Positions 47,694-60,944 of a stretch of 64,000 nt of DNA are shown one piece after another; the first letter of the stretch is position 1, and every line of letters starts with the position of its first letter. This stretch comes from Macrostomum lignano (lineage: Eukaryota). A program made the position numbers and the translations under genes. Where the stretch lies: assembly GCA_002269645.1 (NCBI GenBank), contig NIVC01000268.1, positions 593,647 to 657,646 on the forward strand. Reading direction: 5' to 3'. The notes under the pieces are model-generated. The model saw only the letters and a list, made by a program, of their open reading frames with translations, made no database searches and was not told the origin of the DNA.

Positions 47694-48790
47694 AGTGAAC
47701 TACTGTATGGTCGATGGTTTCTCTGAGAGAATCTCCCGCCTTTGCATGCCAATTACGTCTTTTAGTTTAACGAAAATTTCAACACTCAGGCTGTTTTTAT
47801 TGATAAGAATTCATACGCTGGTTACTCTTATTGGCCAGTTTCAGTATTTGCTCTTGGCCAATCAGAATTGACCAAAGATCCAGCAGAGACCTTCGAGCGC
47901 TTGGGTCAGGTTGATTAGTGCAAACTGTTTTGTTCCCTGCAACTGTCTACCACTGTGCCTACTGTCTGTCTACCAGTGTGTCTACTGTCTGTCTACCAGT
48001 GTGTCTACTGTCTGTCTACCAGTGTGTCTACTGTCTATCTACCAGTGTGTCTACTGTCTATCTACCAGTGTGTTCTACTGTCTATCTACCAGTGTGTCTA
48101 TTGTCTATCTACCAGTGTGTTCTACTGTCTATCTACCAGTGTGTCTACTGTCTGTCTACCAGTGTGTCTAGTGTCTATCTATCAGTGTGTCTACTGTCTA
48201 TCTATCAGTGTGTCTACTGTCTGTCTACCAGTGTGTCTACTGTCTATCTATCAGTGTGTCTTCTGTCTATCTACCAGTGTGTCTACTGTCTGTCTACCAG
48301 TGTGTCTACTGTCTATCTATCAGTGTGTCTTCTGTCTATCTACCAGTGTGTCTTCTGTCTATCCACCATTGTGTCTACTGTCTATCTATCAGTGTGTCTT
48401 CTGTCTATCTACCAGTGTGTCTACTGTCTGTCTACCAGTGTGTCTACTGTCTATCTATCAGTGTGTCTTCTGTCTATCTACCAGTGTGTCTTCTGTCTAT
48501 CCACCAGTGTGTCTACTGTCTATCTATCAGTGTGTCTTCTGTCTATCTACCAGTGTGTCTACTGTCTATCTATCAGTGTGTCTTCTGTCTATCTACCAGT
48601 GTGTCTACTGTCTGTCTACCAGTGTGTCTACTGTCTATCTACCAGTGTGTCTTCTGTCTATCTACCAGTGTGTCTACTGTCTGTCTACCAGTGTGCCTAC
48701 TGTCTGTCTACCAGTGTGTCTACTGTCTATCTACCAGTGTGTTCTACTGTCTATCTACCAGTGTGTCTACTGTCTGTCAACCAGTGTCTC
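46688..48790. repeat. Two arrays (46688-47295 and 47945-48790) of the same 23-bp repeat CTACCAGTGTGTCTACTGTCTAT flanking cdx exon 1
   Basis: Same monomer and same orientation on both sides of unique sequence. Confidence 0.9.
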
Positions 48791-50039
48791 TTGCTTGTAC
48801 ATGGTACAGCGACTCTTACCTATAGCCATAGCCTTAGGAAAAAAGTTAGTTAGTTAGCCTAAGCTATAGCTCATTTCTGCCCTCTTACGGCGTGTCATGA
48901 CACATCAATTTTAAAACTTTGGCATCCTGAATTTGGATCGCGGATGTCAGACTGTAATTCAGTTTTTTCAACGCTGGATATTTTATTTGAATTGCATCAG
49001 TAATTTTACAAGTTATAGGGATTATTGGGATCTCAAGACTTCTCTTAATTTACAATTTTGTAGCCAAATCTAAAATAAAACACCTACAATCTAAGTTGTA
49101 CATTACAGATCTGGAAAATATCAATTTAAATGTATATTTTCTAATTGTTTAAATTTACAATTAGTTTGTCTACTTAACTGGCTGCTGCATCCAATTTATG
49201 ATTTAAAACTTTCAGGCACCGAAACCCCATTCGAATGCAATAAAATTTATGATAAAGACAATTGAAATAAAGCCATTTATGCCTTATTTTCTCGTAAGAA
49301 ACGACTCAATATTTTTTTGAATTGTTTATTTCATGATTTAACCAAGTTAAAAAACTTGATATCGATTAAAAATCAACAAAACCAAATTCAAGAGAAAAAG
49401 TTTTTTTAAAAAGCATTGCACAAACACTTTAAATTACTGAGGTAATGCCAGATTAAAAGTAGTATGTATAATTTTTGACTAAAATTTTTAATAAACAACA
49501 AAGAAAATAAAACTAAATTTAAAGTTTCCCAGATTAATTTTTGTTTTAATAAATGAAGGTCGAAAAACCGACTGACTAGCAAAGCGATTACCGATATGTA
49601 TCGAAAAATTGATTTTTAAGTGGGAACAACAATGAGCTATATTAGGAAACATTGAGAAAATATTATTTACAACAATTGCTTCTAAGCCCAGAGGAAAAGT
49701 GAGGCAAGCAAATAAGCAATTATAGAAAACATTTTTAGACGATTTAAAAAACATCAACTACTGACTATTCAGTAGCAATTATAGGATAATAACAACACAA
49801 AGATAAGTTGAATACTGCGCTAAGGTGCTCGTAAAGAAATATCAGTTAGAACAGCAGCTTGTCAGACAACGAAATTTGTTTGTTATAATCGGGCTGGTGC
49901 ATTATAACAATTTTATTACAGCATAAATAAACAAACAGGAAGAAAGTAGCAGTTCAAGATACGAAACACTGGTTTTATTTGAAAGGAATTCAAACTTTTG
50001 CTGGTGCAATTCAAGAATTGATCATTTTGGTATTATCAA

Positions 50040-50480
50040 TAGGGATCACAATGGGATTATTAATAGAGATCATCAATTGGGATTGCAATGGGATTATTAA
50101 TAGAGATCATTATGAGATTATTAATAAGATTATCAAGGGGGATTTTAATGGGATTATCAATAGGGATTTTAATGGGATTTTCGATAGGGATTGTAATGGG
50201 ATTACCAATAGGGATTATAATGGGATTATCAATAGGGATCATTATGAGATTATCAATAGAGATTATAATGGCATTATCAATAGAGATTATAATGGCATTA
50301 TCAATAGGGATTACAGTGGGATTATCGATAGGGATTACAATGGGATTATCGATAGGGATTACAACGGGATTATCGATAGGGATTTTAATGGGATTATTAT
50401 AATGGATTTTAATGGGATTACCAATAGGGATCATTGTAAGATTATCAATAGGGATTATAATGGGATTATAAATAGGGATT
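50040..50480. repeat. 24-bp tandem repeat (AATAGGGATTATAATGGGATTATC)
   Basis: Read directly; the ORFs here are artefacts. Confidence 0.9.
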
Positions 50481-50620
50481 ATCAACTTAAGATATTGCGG
50501 TATTCTTATCTGTTCTACACTAATTTGCAAACACCAATTTGTTTACAAAATAGAACTAGCAGCTGACCCTAAAAAAAACAGACAAAAAGAACCCCGAGAG
50601 CGACCTACACGAGCCCAGCA

Positions 50621-53600
50621 TCAATAGTTATCGTCATCATCTTCTCCGAGCACATCCTTAATCCCCGGTGCCGATCTCGCGGCTGGCAAAGCTGGCGAGA
50701 CGTGAGTAGAGCCGGACTCCAACTCGGGACTATCAGCTGCTGAGTTGTTGGCGTCGCCATGGCGACCAGGACTAATAGCGGCGGCGGCGGCATCCTCCGG
50801 CGTTGTCAAAGGCGGAGTCGCTTGCGACTGCTGCTGCTGAGCCCGAGTAGTTGGTTGCTGCTGTTGACCGAATTGAGCAGTTCTGTGATGAAATATCGCC
50901 TGCTCAATGTAGCTGTTTGCTATGGGCCTGCGCCGCTTCTCCGCTCTGCGGAACAGAGTGATCTCCTGCGGTGCGGTTAAAATTAAGAGATTTAAAAATT
51001 CAGCTGACTCGCTTGACTCCTTGCATGACCTGACAAACCTACTGACCCCCCCCCAAATTACCTCCTACCTGATCCCCAGATGACCACCTTACCCTGACCC
51101 CCACATGACTACCATATCCTGACCGCCACATGACTACCATATCCTGACCGCCACATGATTACCTACCCTGACCCCCGAGTCCATGACCACCCTACTCTGA
51201 CCCCAACATGACCACCCTACTCTGACCCCAACATGACCACCCTACTCTGACCCCCACATGACCACCCTACTCTGACCCCCACATGACCACCCTACTCTGA
51301 CCCCCACATGACCACCCTACTCTGACCCCAACATGACCACCCTACTCTGACCCCCACATGACCACCCTACTCTGACCCCCACCTGACCACCCTACTCTGA
51401 CCCACACATGACCACCCTACTCTGACCCCAACATGACCACCCTACTCTGACGCCAACATGACCACCCTACTCTGACCCCACATGACCACCCTACTCTGAC
51501 CCCCACATGACCACCCTACTCTGACCCACACATGACCACCCTACTCTGACCCACACATGACCACCCTACTCTGACCCACACATGACCACCCTACTCTGAC
51601 CCACACATGACCACCCTACCTGACCCCCACATGACCACCCTACCCTGACCACACTACCTTGACCCCCACCTGACCACCCTACTCTGACCCCAACATGACC
51701 ACCCTACTCTGACCCCCACATGACCACCCTACTCTGACCCCAACATGACCACCCTACTCTGACCCCAACATGACCACCCTACTCTGACGCCAACATGACC
51801 ACCCTACTCTGACCCCACATGACCACCCTACTCTGACCCCCACATGACCACCCTACTCTGACCCACACATGACCACCCTACTCTGACCCCCACCTGACCA
51901 CCCTACTCTGACCCACACATGACCACCCTACTCTGAACCACACATGACCACCCTACTCTGACCCACACATGACCACCCTACCTGACCCCCACATGACCAC
52001 CCTACCCTGACCACCCTACCTGACCACACTACCTTGACCCCCACCTGACCACCCTACTCTGACCCCAACATGACCACCCTACTCTGACCCCAACATGACC
52101 ACCCTACTCTGACCCCAACATGACCACCCTACTCTGACCCCAACATGACCACCCTACTCTGACCCCAACATGACCACCCTACTCTGACCCCCACATGACC
52201 ACCCTACTCTGACCCCAACATGACCACCCTACTCTGACGCCAACATGACCACCCTACTCTGACCCCACATGACCACCCTACTCTGACCCCCACATGACCA
52301 CCCTACTCTGACCCACACATGACCACCCTACTCTGACCCCCACCTGACCACCCTACTCTGACCCACACATGACCACCCTACTCTGAACCACACATGACCA
52401 CCCTACTCTGACCCACACATGACCACCCTACCTGACCCCCACATGACCACCCTACCCTGACCACCCTACCTGACCACACTACCTTGACCCCACCTGACCA
52501 CCCTACTCTGACCCCAACATGACCACCCTACTCTGACCCCAACATGACCACCCTACTCTGACCCCAACATGACCACCCTACTCTGACCCCAACATGACCA
52601 CCCTACTCTGACCCCAACATGACCACCCTACTCTGACCCCCACATGACCACCCTACTCTGACCCCACCTGACCACCCTACTCTGACCCCCACCTGACCAC
52701 CCTACTCTGACCCCAACATGACCACCCTACTCTGACCCCCACATGACCACCCTACTCTGACCCCAACATGACCACCCTACTCTGACCCCCACATGACCAC
52801 CCTACTCTGACGCCAACATGACCACCCTACTCTGACCCCCACATGACCACCCTACTCTGACCCCCACATGACCACCCTACTCTGACCCACACATGACCAC
52901 CCTACTCTGACCCCCACCTGACCACCCTACTCTGACCCCCACCTGACCACCCTACTCTGACCCACACATGACCACCCTACCTGACCCCCACATGACCACC
53001 CTACCCTGACCACCCTACCTGACCACACTACCTTGACCCCACCTGACCACCCTACTCTGACCCCAACATGACCACCCTACTCTGACCCCAACATGACCAC
53101 CCTACTCTGACCCCAACATGACCACCCTACTCTGACCCCAACATGACCACCCTACTCTGACCCCAACATGACCACCCTACTCTGACCCCCACATGACCAC
53201 CCTACTCTGACCCCACCTGACCACCCTACTCTGACCCACACATGACCACCCTACTCTGAACCACACATGACCACCCTACCTGACCCCCACATGACCACCC
53301 TACCCTGACCACCCTACCTGACCACACTACCTTGACCCCCACCTGACCACCCTACTCTGACCCCAACATGACCACCCTACTCTGACCCCAACATGACCAC
53401 CCTACTCTGACCCCAACATGACCACCCTACTCTGACCCCAACATGACCACCCTACTCTGACCCCAACATGACCACCCTACTCTGACCCCCACATGACCAC
53501 CCTACTCTGACCCCACCTGACCACCCTACTCTGACCCACACATGACCACCCTACTCTGACCCCCACATGACCACCCTACTCTGACCCACACATGACCACC

Positions 53601-54753
53601 CTACTCTGACCCACACATGACCACCCTACTCTGACCCCCACATGACCACCCTACTCTGATCCCCACATGACCACCCTACCTCGTATAAAAGCAGCATGAC
53701 AGACGTGAATGAAAGCTCTACCTGCTGTTTAAAATATCTTCTTTCCTCCTCGTCCACCAGCACCAGATTCAAATAGTATTTCACCGAGAACTTCTTATTA
53801 ACGTCTCGCATTGATGGAGTCAAATCGTAGCCGCTCAGAAACAATCGAATAGGGATAGACTCCCCTCTGACTGGGGCTCCGTCCATGATCTCAAACTTAG
53901 CCAGAGTTTCGCTTTCATTCAGAGCGGCCGGACCGGAGCCCGCTAACTCTCTCCGAATAATCTGCACCTCCATGTGGCGAATTTTAATTCGAACCAATAG
54001 GAAAAAGATTTTACCAACTATGACATCTTTCAGGTGATATTTTGATTTGTTATACTCGAACTCGATGTGCAAACAGTCCTCAATGCCGACTTCCATTTTA
54101 ATGCTACTATTCAAGTCAGGATATTGGGCCAGTGTGTGCACGCAAATGTCCTGCTCTTTGACTAAATCGCTCAGGCGTTTGACTACTGTCACTCGTAAGT
54201 AGTATCTGCGGTTAAGGAGAAATTTTTAGTCAATACAATTCTCGATCTGGGTATTTTGAGAACAAAATGGATATAAACTTACCTCAGTCTAACATTAGCT
54301 CCAGAGTAGCTCTCGTATGGCTTCTCAACGTTGACAAATTCGAAGCCATAACAGACCCCCTGGGTAAGAATGCCGGGCCTTGCCAGCTCTCTGACCATCG
54401 AGACGAATTCGTGTCGATTGCCGCGGTCAAAGTAGAGATCTGATAGAATTTGTTAATTTAACTACTTAGAGTAGAAATATAGGATTTTTAACTGAAAAAA
54501 TCTAATATACTACTTAAAGTAGCTCACCAATCTGACCAACGAATTCTATTTTAATGCCCTGGTGCTCCAATTTTGTTCCAGACTTCTTCACTAATATGTT
54601 CACTTTGCCGCTAACTGTTTCTCCATCGTAATAGAGAGGCAGGCGCTCTTTTCTGCCATCTTCTAGTTTCAATTCGGCAGTTTTTCTGCTCTCCTGGCCA
54701 TCGAGAACGATATCGATCTCGGCGCCTTGGCTGACAAGACCAAAGAAGCTCAT
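50621..54753 (-). CDS. VPS26: Vacuolar protein sorting 26 (retromer), ~403 aa. Exons 54753-54528, 54439-54283, 54205-53722, 50965-50621
   Basis: MSFFG...LYYDGETVSGKVNI...LEHQGIKIEFVGQI, EKPYESYSG.NVRLRYYLRVT, EVGIEDCLHIEFEYNKSKYHLKD, DGAPVRGESIPIRLFL, RRYFKQQ|EITLFRR. All four exons join in frame. Confidence 0.97.
51090..53680. repeat. 25-bp minisatellite (ACATGACCACCCTACTCTGACCCCA) filling VPS26 intron 3
   Basis: ~100 copies with recurring higher-order blocks. Confidence 0.95.
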
Positions 54754-55299
54754 GCATTAATTATTAAACTAATAATTTACTTTACTGCTAAATTTGTTTT
54801 TTTATTAACAGGTACCAACTGCTTTTTGTAATAAATAGGATTCTATACCAACTATATTATTATATCAAATATGATAGTATAAAAATAAGTTATAAAACTT
54901 TAGTTTTTTAACTTGCTTCTTTAAAAGTTCTTCAACTTGTCTGTTTGCTTTATGTTGAAATTTGCTACTTTGTGTGTCAAAAGTGAACACTAAACTCTAG
55001 CAAGGGGTTTTGCACCTCCTTTCTGAATGTTGAGTACATGTCTATACTAAATGTATAACAAAGGACATACCAAGAGCTTCATTAAAACATTTTTGTCTAC
55101 TAAATGTATGCCAGTTATATTAAATATATGCCGGATAAAGAGAAAGCTGAATATCAACATATAGGTTGTTATGACACATTTTGTACTCCAAAGTGCATTG
55201 TCAGGCATATTGTTTGGAATGAGAGAAACAGTGAACAAAGCAAATTTAGAAATTATTTTTTGTCAATGTAACTAATAAGTAAATATTTTTTGTAAGCAG

Positions 55300-56230
55300 T
55301 TAAGGTCAGTGCTCTCTAACTTTGAATATATGGAGAACATGGCCTGCACCACTATGCTGAAGTACATGCATATTAAAGGTGGGTGACTGGTTTTTTATGT
55401 AAAAGGCTTCTAAGATCTTGAGTTTGTAATCAGATGGGCATTGGTCGATGATTTTAAAGCATTCATCAGGTGTGCAACTAGAGCAGCTGTTGCATTCCAA
55501 AAGGTGGGTTTGGATGGCCATTGGTTTGAGCCAGTGCTCCCTGATTCTAGTGTGCAAGTGTCTTGGTTCTTTCCACATAGCAGACGCCACGTAAGACAAC
55601 ACCTGCATGTAGAGCATGGGGTACAAGCGACTTTAACCAATTGACAAAACTGCCAACTTTAGAAGAGAGGTAAATAATGCAAATTTGCCTTTTGAACAAG
55701 TTGTGGAATAATTTTCAAATCCTGTTTTTGAAAGGGAGAATGCCGATTAGTTCACTTAGATCAATGTGATTAGGTGAAGATCACATTAAAGAGTAACCAT
55801 TTTGTTTGAGCACTTTGGTCAAAAACCTGATTTCTTGGTCAAAGTTGATCCAGGATTTGCAGATGGTGTAGGCTCTGTGAAGCAAGCATCTGATCAGACC
55901 AGATTTCTACTGTCGGAGTCACAAGGCATGAAAGTTAAGATTGAGGAAGGTTTTTTGGAGAAAACTAGTGGAGAGGGTCCATAGACAATGAAATGGATGT
56001 TGGGTTGCTTTTATACACCAATTCAATAGCAAGGTGAATAGCAAGAGACTGAGCCCTTGGTGCTCTCCAATGAACCTTGGATGTGCTCCAGAATCTGATT
56101 GTGGTGTTGTGCATTATATTATAGAGCCTGCTGACAAGCATGGTTTGTAAGAGTTCATCCTCAGCTGCTTGATAAGTCTTCCACATCCAGCTTGTCAAAC
56201 TTGCAAAAGTGGGCCATATCATGGAGTCTT
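55300..56230 (-). mobile_element. Degenerate Penelope-like retroelement relic (GIY-YIG endonuclease C-terminus; upstream part fragmentary)
   Basis: RHLHTRIREH...IQTHLLEC..C...FKII...LKILEAFYIK..SPTFN is the typical PLE GIY-YIG tail. Confidence 0.65.
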
Positions 56231-57007
56231 TAGGCGAAGGTCTGCACTGGTTCAGTTGGCTCCTGATGCATTGACATGAACTTCAACCATTCAGCAATAA
56301 GAAGCTTCTTTTTTGGGAGACTCTTCTCAATGATGAGCTTGATGAGATGATATGCCAGCTTCAATGCCACCACTGCCAGAAGCTCCAGCATTGGCAGCCT
56401 TGTCAGCACCCTCATTGGCGGCCTTATCAGAAGCTCCACAAGCAGCCCCTGAGGACGAAGTGCCGCTTGGTGCAACTTGAACACGCAGTCTTGAGAACAA
56501 GCTGCTGCAACAAGCGCCTTGCAGTTGCGCATTGACAAATCTACACAACAAAAGTGTGCGCCATCATCAATGCCCAGGCTGCGGCACCTGTACAGCAGTA
56601 GGTACCGCCAAGCAGCCACCGCCACAAGCCAGGAAAGGCACACTGTGCAGCTGCCGACATCATAAAAGGTGCCAAAAAGGACAGCATGCAGCCCTTGGCT
56701 AAGCGCAGCCTTATCAGCTCCAGCACTAGCTCCGGTAGGATCAATGGTTGACAGAGAGCACATTGAGAACACTCAGCGAGAGGCGATGCATGCTCCTTTG
56801 TGTCAACATAGCAAGCAACTCAAGAAGATCGCCCACACAATCCACTAGTATCTGATGCGGATTGGCCATCTACGATTGGATCATTAGATCAGGTCCAAGA
56901 GGAAAGTCTCTACCCTTTAAAATGTCCCACACAAAAGTACTTGAATATGGAATAGGCATTCATATTATATAAATTTGCTTTTCATATATTAACCCTTTTT
57001 GTCTAAA

Positions 57008-59222
57008 TGATGTAACCACGCTCTGGTCGCGGGATAGGGCATGGGAACTTTTTCGAAAGTGCCTCCTATCCCGTGCACCCTCTGCACAGAGCTGTCGAGA
57101 CTCGGCCAGGTCTCTGCCCAGGCCTGGAGACTCCCGCTCTGCTGCACCCCTCCTGCTGCCTTGGTCCCGTCTCCCCTGCCGCCACACCTGCCTTTCCGGA
57201 GCCCCCTACCCCTCTCTGTACCCTCCCCTCTACCTTATCTCCCCTGCACTCCACCCTATTCTTCTTGTACTCTCCCTTTCCCCCCTCTTTTTGTCTCTCT
57301 CTGCACTCTTTTCCTGCGCTGTCCCCTCCTTCTCTGTGTCTACTTACAGTATTTTGTGTGCTCACCGTCTCCCCATCCCCTCCCAAACTCCCAAACGGTG
57401 ACGCAAGTCGTGTGACCCCTTCTTCCCCCGATGACTCATCGATGACTCACCCCCTCTCTTGCGCAACCTTTTCTCATGCCATTGTTCTCCTCCCCAAATT
57501 TCTCATGCGACACCCACCCCACCTCCGCTTCTATTGTTCTCGTTTTTGATTCTTTTGTTCTCTCGACCCCCATCAATTATCACATTTTCTCCGATTTTCT
57601 CTTTCTTTTGTTCTCGTTTTCGCACCTAATTATCACCTTTTCTCCAATGTTTAATTTTCCATTGTTCTCAGTTTTCCCCAATTATCCCCGATTTCCAATT
57701 CCTTTGTTCTCGACCCCAGCCCTATTGTTCTCAATGTTTGCTTGCGCAACACTTTCGCGACCACCCGCTGCGCCAATTATCCCCCCACCCCACCTCCGGA
57801 TTGCGCAATTTCCCGATTTCTCATGTTGCTATGCCGGTCTCATGCTTCTCATCATGACTCATTCTGACGTCATTCTGCCGGCAGCCAATCAGAGAGAGGG
57901 AGCCATGGTAACGACCTTGAGGCGGCGGCTGTGAGGTCTATAAAAGGAAGCGATTTCGGCATGAGAATACTCAACTGAGTTTATCTCTGTTCCTCTTCTC
58001 GTCCTTCTTTGGACTTGCTGTCAGATTGAGTTCTGACCCATTCGTCTATAAGACGAATCCCTGCCGGTCCGCGGTCTGTTACCGCCAAGTTATCCTTAGC
58101 TCCCCAAGTGAGCTCGCCTATCGGCCAGCGGTCTGATACCGCCCAGCATCATTAGCATCGCCTGATCTACATCAGCGCCTCGTCGCTCCAGCGCATCGCC
58201 GCTTCACCGTCTGCCTGACTGCAGCCTACAGCCGCCCTCGGTCACTCCGCCTCTCTCTCTCTCTGTGCAGATGCCGGTAAGTTCCTGCTACTAATTTGTG
58301 CTCTAATTGCCTTTGCTTATCCGGGGTTTGCCTATTTTCCATTGTCTGATTAGAGAGCTGAGCCAATTGTGATACCGTATCTTTTGCTGTATTTTACTCA
58401 ATAGTGAAGCCGCCTAATTGCCTGCTTATTTGCCTAAGGGCCTAATTATTAACTATTAACTAACTTCATCATTATTCAATCTTTCACCATCATTTCACTC
58501 ATGGCTTGCTAAGCCTTTCCCCCGGGTGGCAAAGCATAAGGAAGTTTGGGTAAGCTAATGGCCTCTCCCCGTGCACAGCCCGCCTGTGAGTGCGTGCTGC
58601 GGGGCCGCGTGTACGTGCAGTAGAGGGATTAGCGAGTCTTGGCACAGAATGGCAGTAGGAAGGTTGCAACCCCATGCTAACGCGTCCCTTCGCCCTGAGC
58701 AATCTAAACTGTAGATAGTACATGTTCGCCTCATACTACTCTTAGTAATCAAAGTCGCAAGTCAGCCTCGCTCACAGCCACAAAGGATCCCCTGCTGAGA
58801 AATCCTCCAGGATTGAGCCCAGAGTTCCCGATCATGCCCCAAGCAGAGTCCCTGTACTCGGCTGCATGCGTCTCCCCTGTTAGCCTAAATCCCCTGGTAA
58901 CCAATCCAGGCGGGGCTCTAGCCTCGAGAGGTCTGGTAGAAAGATCCAGGTGCGCCAGGTCACATAGAGTGGTGGCAGCCACTCGGTCATACCATGACCG
59001 AGTGACCAACTATTGCACCTTGGCTACAGGTGGGGTCCATGTGGGTCCTTGGCCCTCTGGTCACGAAGCGCTACCAAAGCTACTAATCATGTGGGCGGGA
59101 CAGTCTGGTGCTGGAGGTCCGTCAGGTCATTGCCCGGTCCTAGGCAGCCTACGGTCATTGCCCCCTCTAGCCATGCGTTCGTCTCTCTACGGAGCGGACA
59201 GGCGACAAGGGCGGTTACATCA
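57008..59222 (+). mobile_element. 2,215-bp solo-LTR-like element
   Basis: Termini TGATGTAACC...GGTTACATCA (10-bp perfect inverted repeat, TG...CA); exact 4-bp TSD TAAA (57004-57007 and 59223-59226); internal Pol II promoter motifs; CpG-rich in a CpG-poor neighbourhood. Confidence 0.75.
57865..57946 (+). promoter_or_regulatory. LTR promoter: CRE, CCAAT and TATA
   Basis: TGACGTCA 57865-57872, CCAAT 57885-57889, TATAAAAG 57939-57946, in canonical order and spacing. Confidence 0.65.
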
Positions 59223-60944
59223 TAAACTATTTTCTAGTGCAGGCATCTTGTGTTGTAGTTATTCAATAGATTGATGTCTCCTAATAACTTAGCTTAATTT
59301 GCTTGAAAATCCCATTTGGCTGACAATAATAGTTTATCTCATAAACATTGATAGTGTCATAGATCTTCTCCATGGTAGGTCTTTTACACAACATTGATAA
59401 TGTAATCAAATTTGTCCTTGTACATTTCATCTGCTAATTTGCTAGGTGATAAGTCTATTGCCATGGATAGTCCATTCTCAACTATCTCCCTCCTTTCCTG
59501 TTGCTATTAGTATTGAATTTTGTCCCTGCTCCACAAGTTGTATGCATAAGCAGGATGCTCTTCCAGTTCATCCAAGGCCTGCTTGCTAATTGTTCAATAT
59601 AGTAGCTTCCTCTGCTGCAGTGCCATTCTACTTGGGTCTATTAGTTGGAGATTGGGCAAGAAAACAGATTCCTCCAGGTTTTGGAACTTTTTTAATCTAT
59701 TGATATGTATTCAGATTGGTTTCTTGTTATTGTCTTCCAAAAAGTTATTTGTTACATTTATTATAAAAATTATATTTTCTTAACTATATAGTATTATATC
59801 TTATATCTAAAGCTAAGCAGACTAATCAATTGATAGACTAGTAGGCCAGGTTTAATGTGCATCTCCTAGATGGCAGGAAACTTAAATGCAAAACATATAA
59901 TATAGAATTTTCCTATGCAACAAATAGGCTATTTTATTGTTGATATTTTTAATATTAAGTTTGTGAAAAAAGCAGAAAATACTTTTCTTAACCTTCTTTG
60001 GCCACTTTGCTTGTCCAGTGGAAGGGAAGTGGCATGTTTGTAAAAACAACCCCCCCAACCTTAGCTTGCAGGTTGCTATATATTAGAAGGGGTAGGTGAC
60101 ACATTTCCTAGGTTTAATGCAAATAACCTTCCATGCCATATTGGGGCTGCAATTAAATTTTAATGATTCCCCTAGAATAGGGAAGGTCAGGCTGAGTGTA
60201 CATAGCAATGTACAGTATTAATAAAGGTTATGGATAGCTAGGACCCAGTCCAATATTTTTTATTTTAATCTATATTTTTTTAGAACTAGAACTAAAATGT
60301 TTACAACTTCTAAGGTTTCAAAAACATATGTTATAAAGCAACACTCAGCTGGAAAACAAAGTATAAACTATAACAGTTTCATTTGGGCAGGCACAAAAAC
60401 ATTTTTGAGCTTCTCATCAATCACTGGAGTAAGTAAATTATTTTATATTCTTTTTCAACTCTTTTTTCTAGTAAGAGACATTTTTATAGTCTTAACTGTT
60501 TTATTTATTTACCAAGTAAGTATACAATTATTGACTTATGATTGTTCATTTCATTGCATACATTCAATTTATTCAGCCCATGGTATAGTGTTGTATATAT
60601 TTATCAAGCTCCTAATTTTACTTTTTGCTTAAGCAAGAGCATTTTAATAAAGAAGTTAAATTTTGTGCCAGTAAAAATAAAAATATAGCTTAATTGATTA
60701 TAGACATTGCTTATGCTAATTGAATAATTTTAAATAGCAGTGGAAAAAGCAATGCAAATGAAAATTCAATAATGGTCTTCTTATTTTTGGTATGTACTAA
60801 TATTCTATGACTACCTTTACGTGGTTATATTTTTAGAAGCCATGATGCTGATTAGGCAGATAAAGAACCCATGGAGCTAAGTTCATTATTGCATGAAACT
60901 GAATCTATTGATTTTCTAAACTGTTCTAGCTATAAAAAAGCAAT

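Noticed and set aside
56230-56772. ORF as the reverse transcriptase of the Penelope relic
   Set aside because: Position and strand fit, but I could not identify convincing RT motifs (no clear YxDD or QxxGxxMG). It needs an HMM search.
58749-59274. ORFs inside the LTR-like element as gag, env or tyrosine recombinase
   Set aside because: No recognisable motifs; the GC-rich sequence is open on both strands.
59285-59700. Minus-strand protein-like frame whose 7 stops could all be C-to-T products
   Set aside because: Seven stops in ~139 codons is close to random expectation for AT-rich DNA and no family was recognised, so it was not used as evidence.
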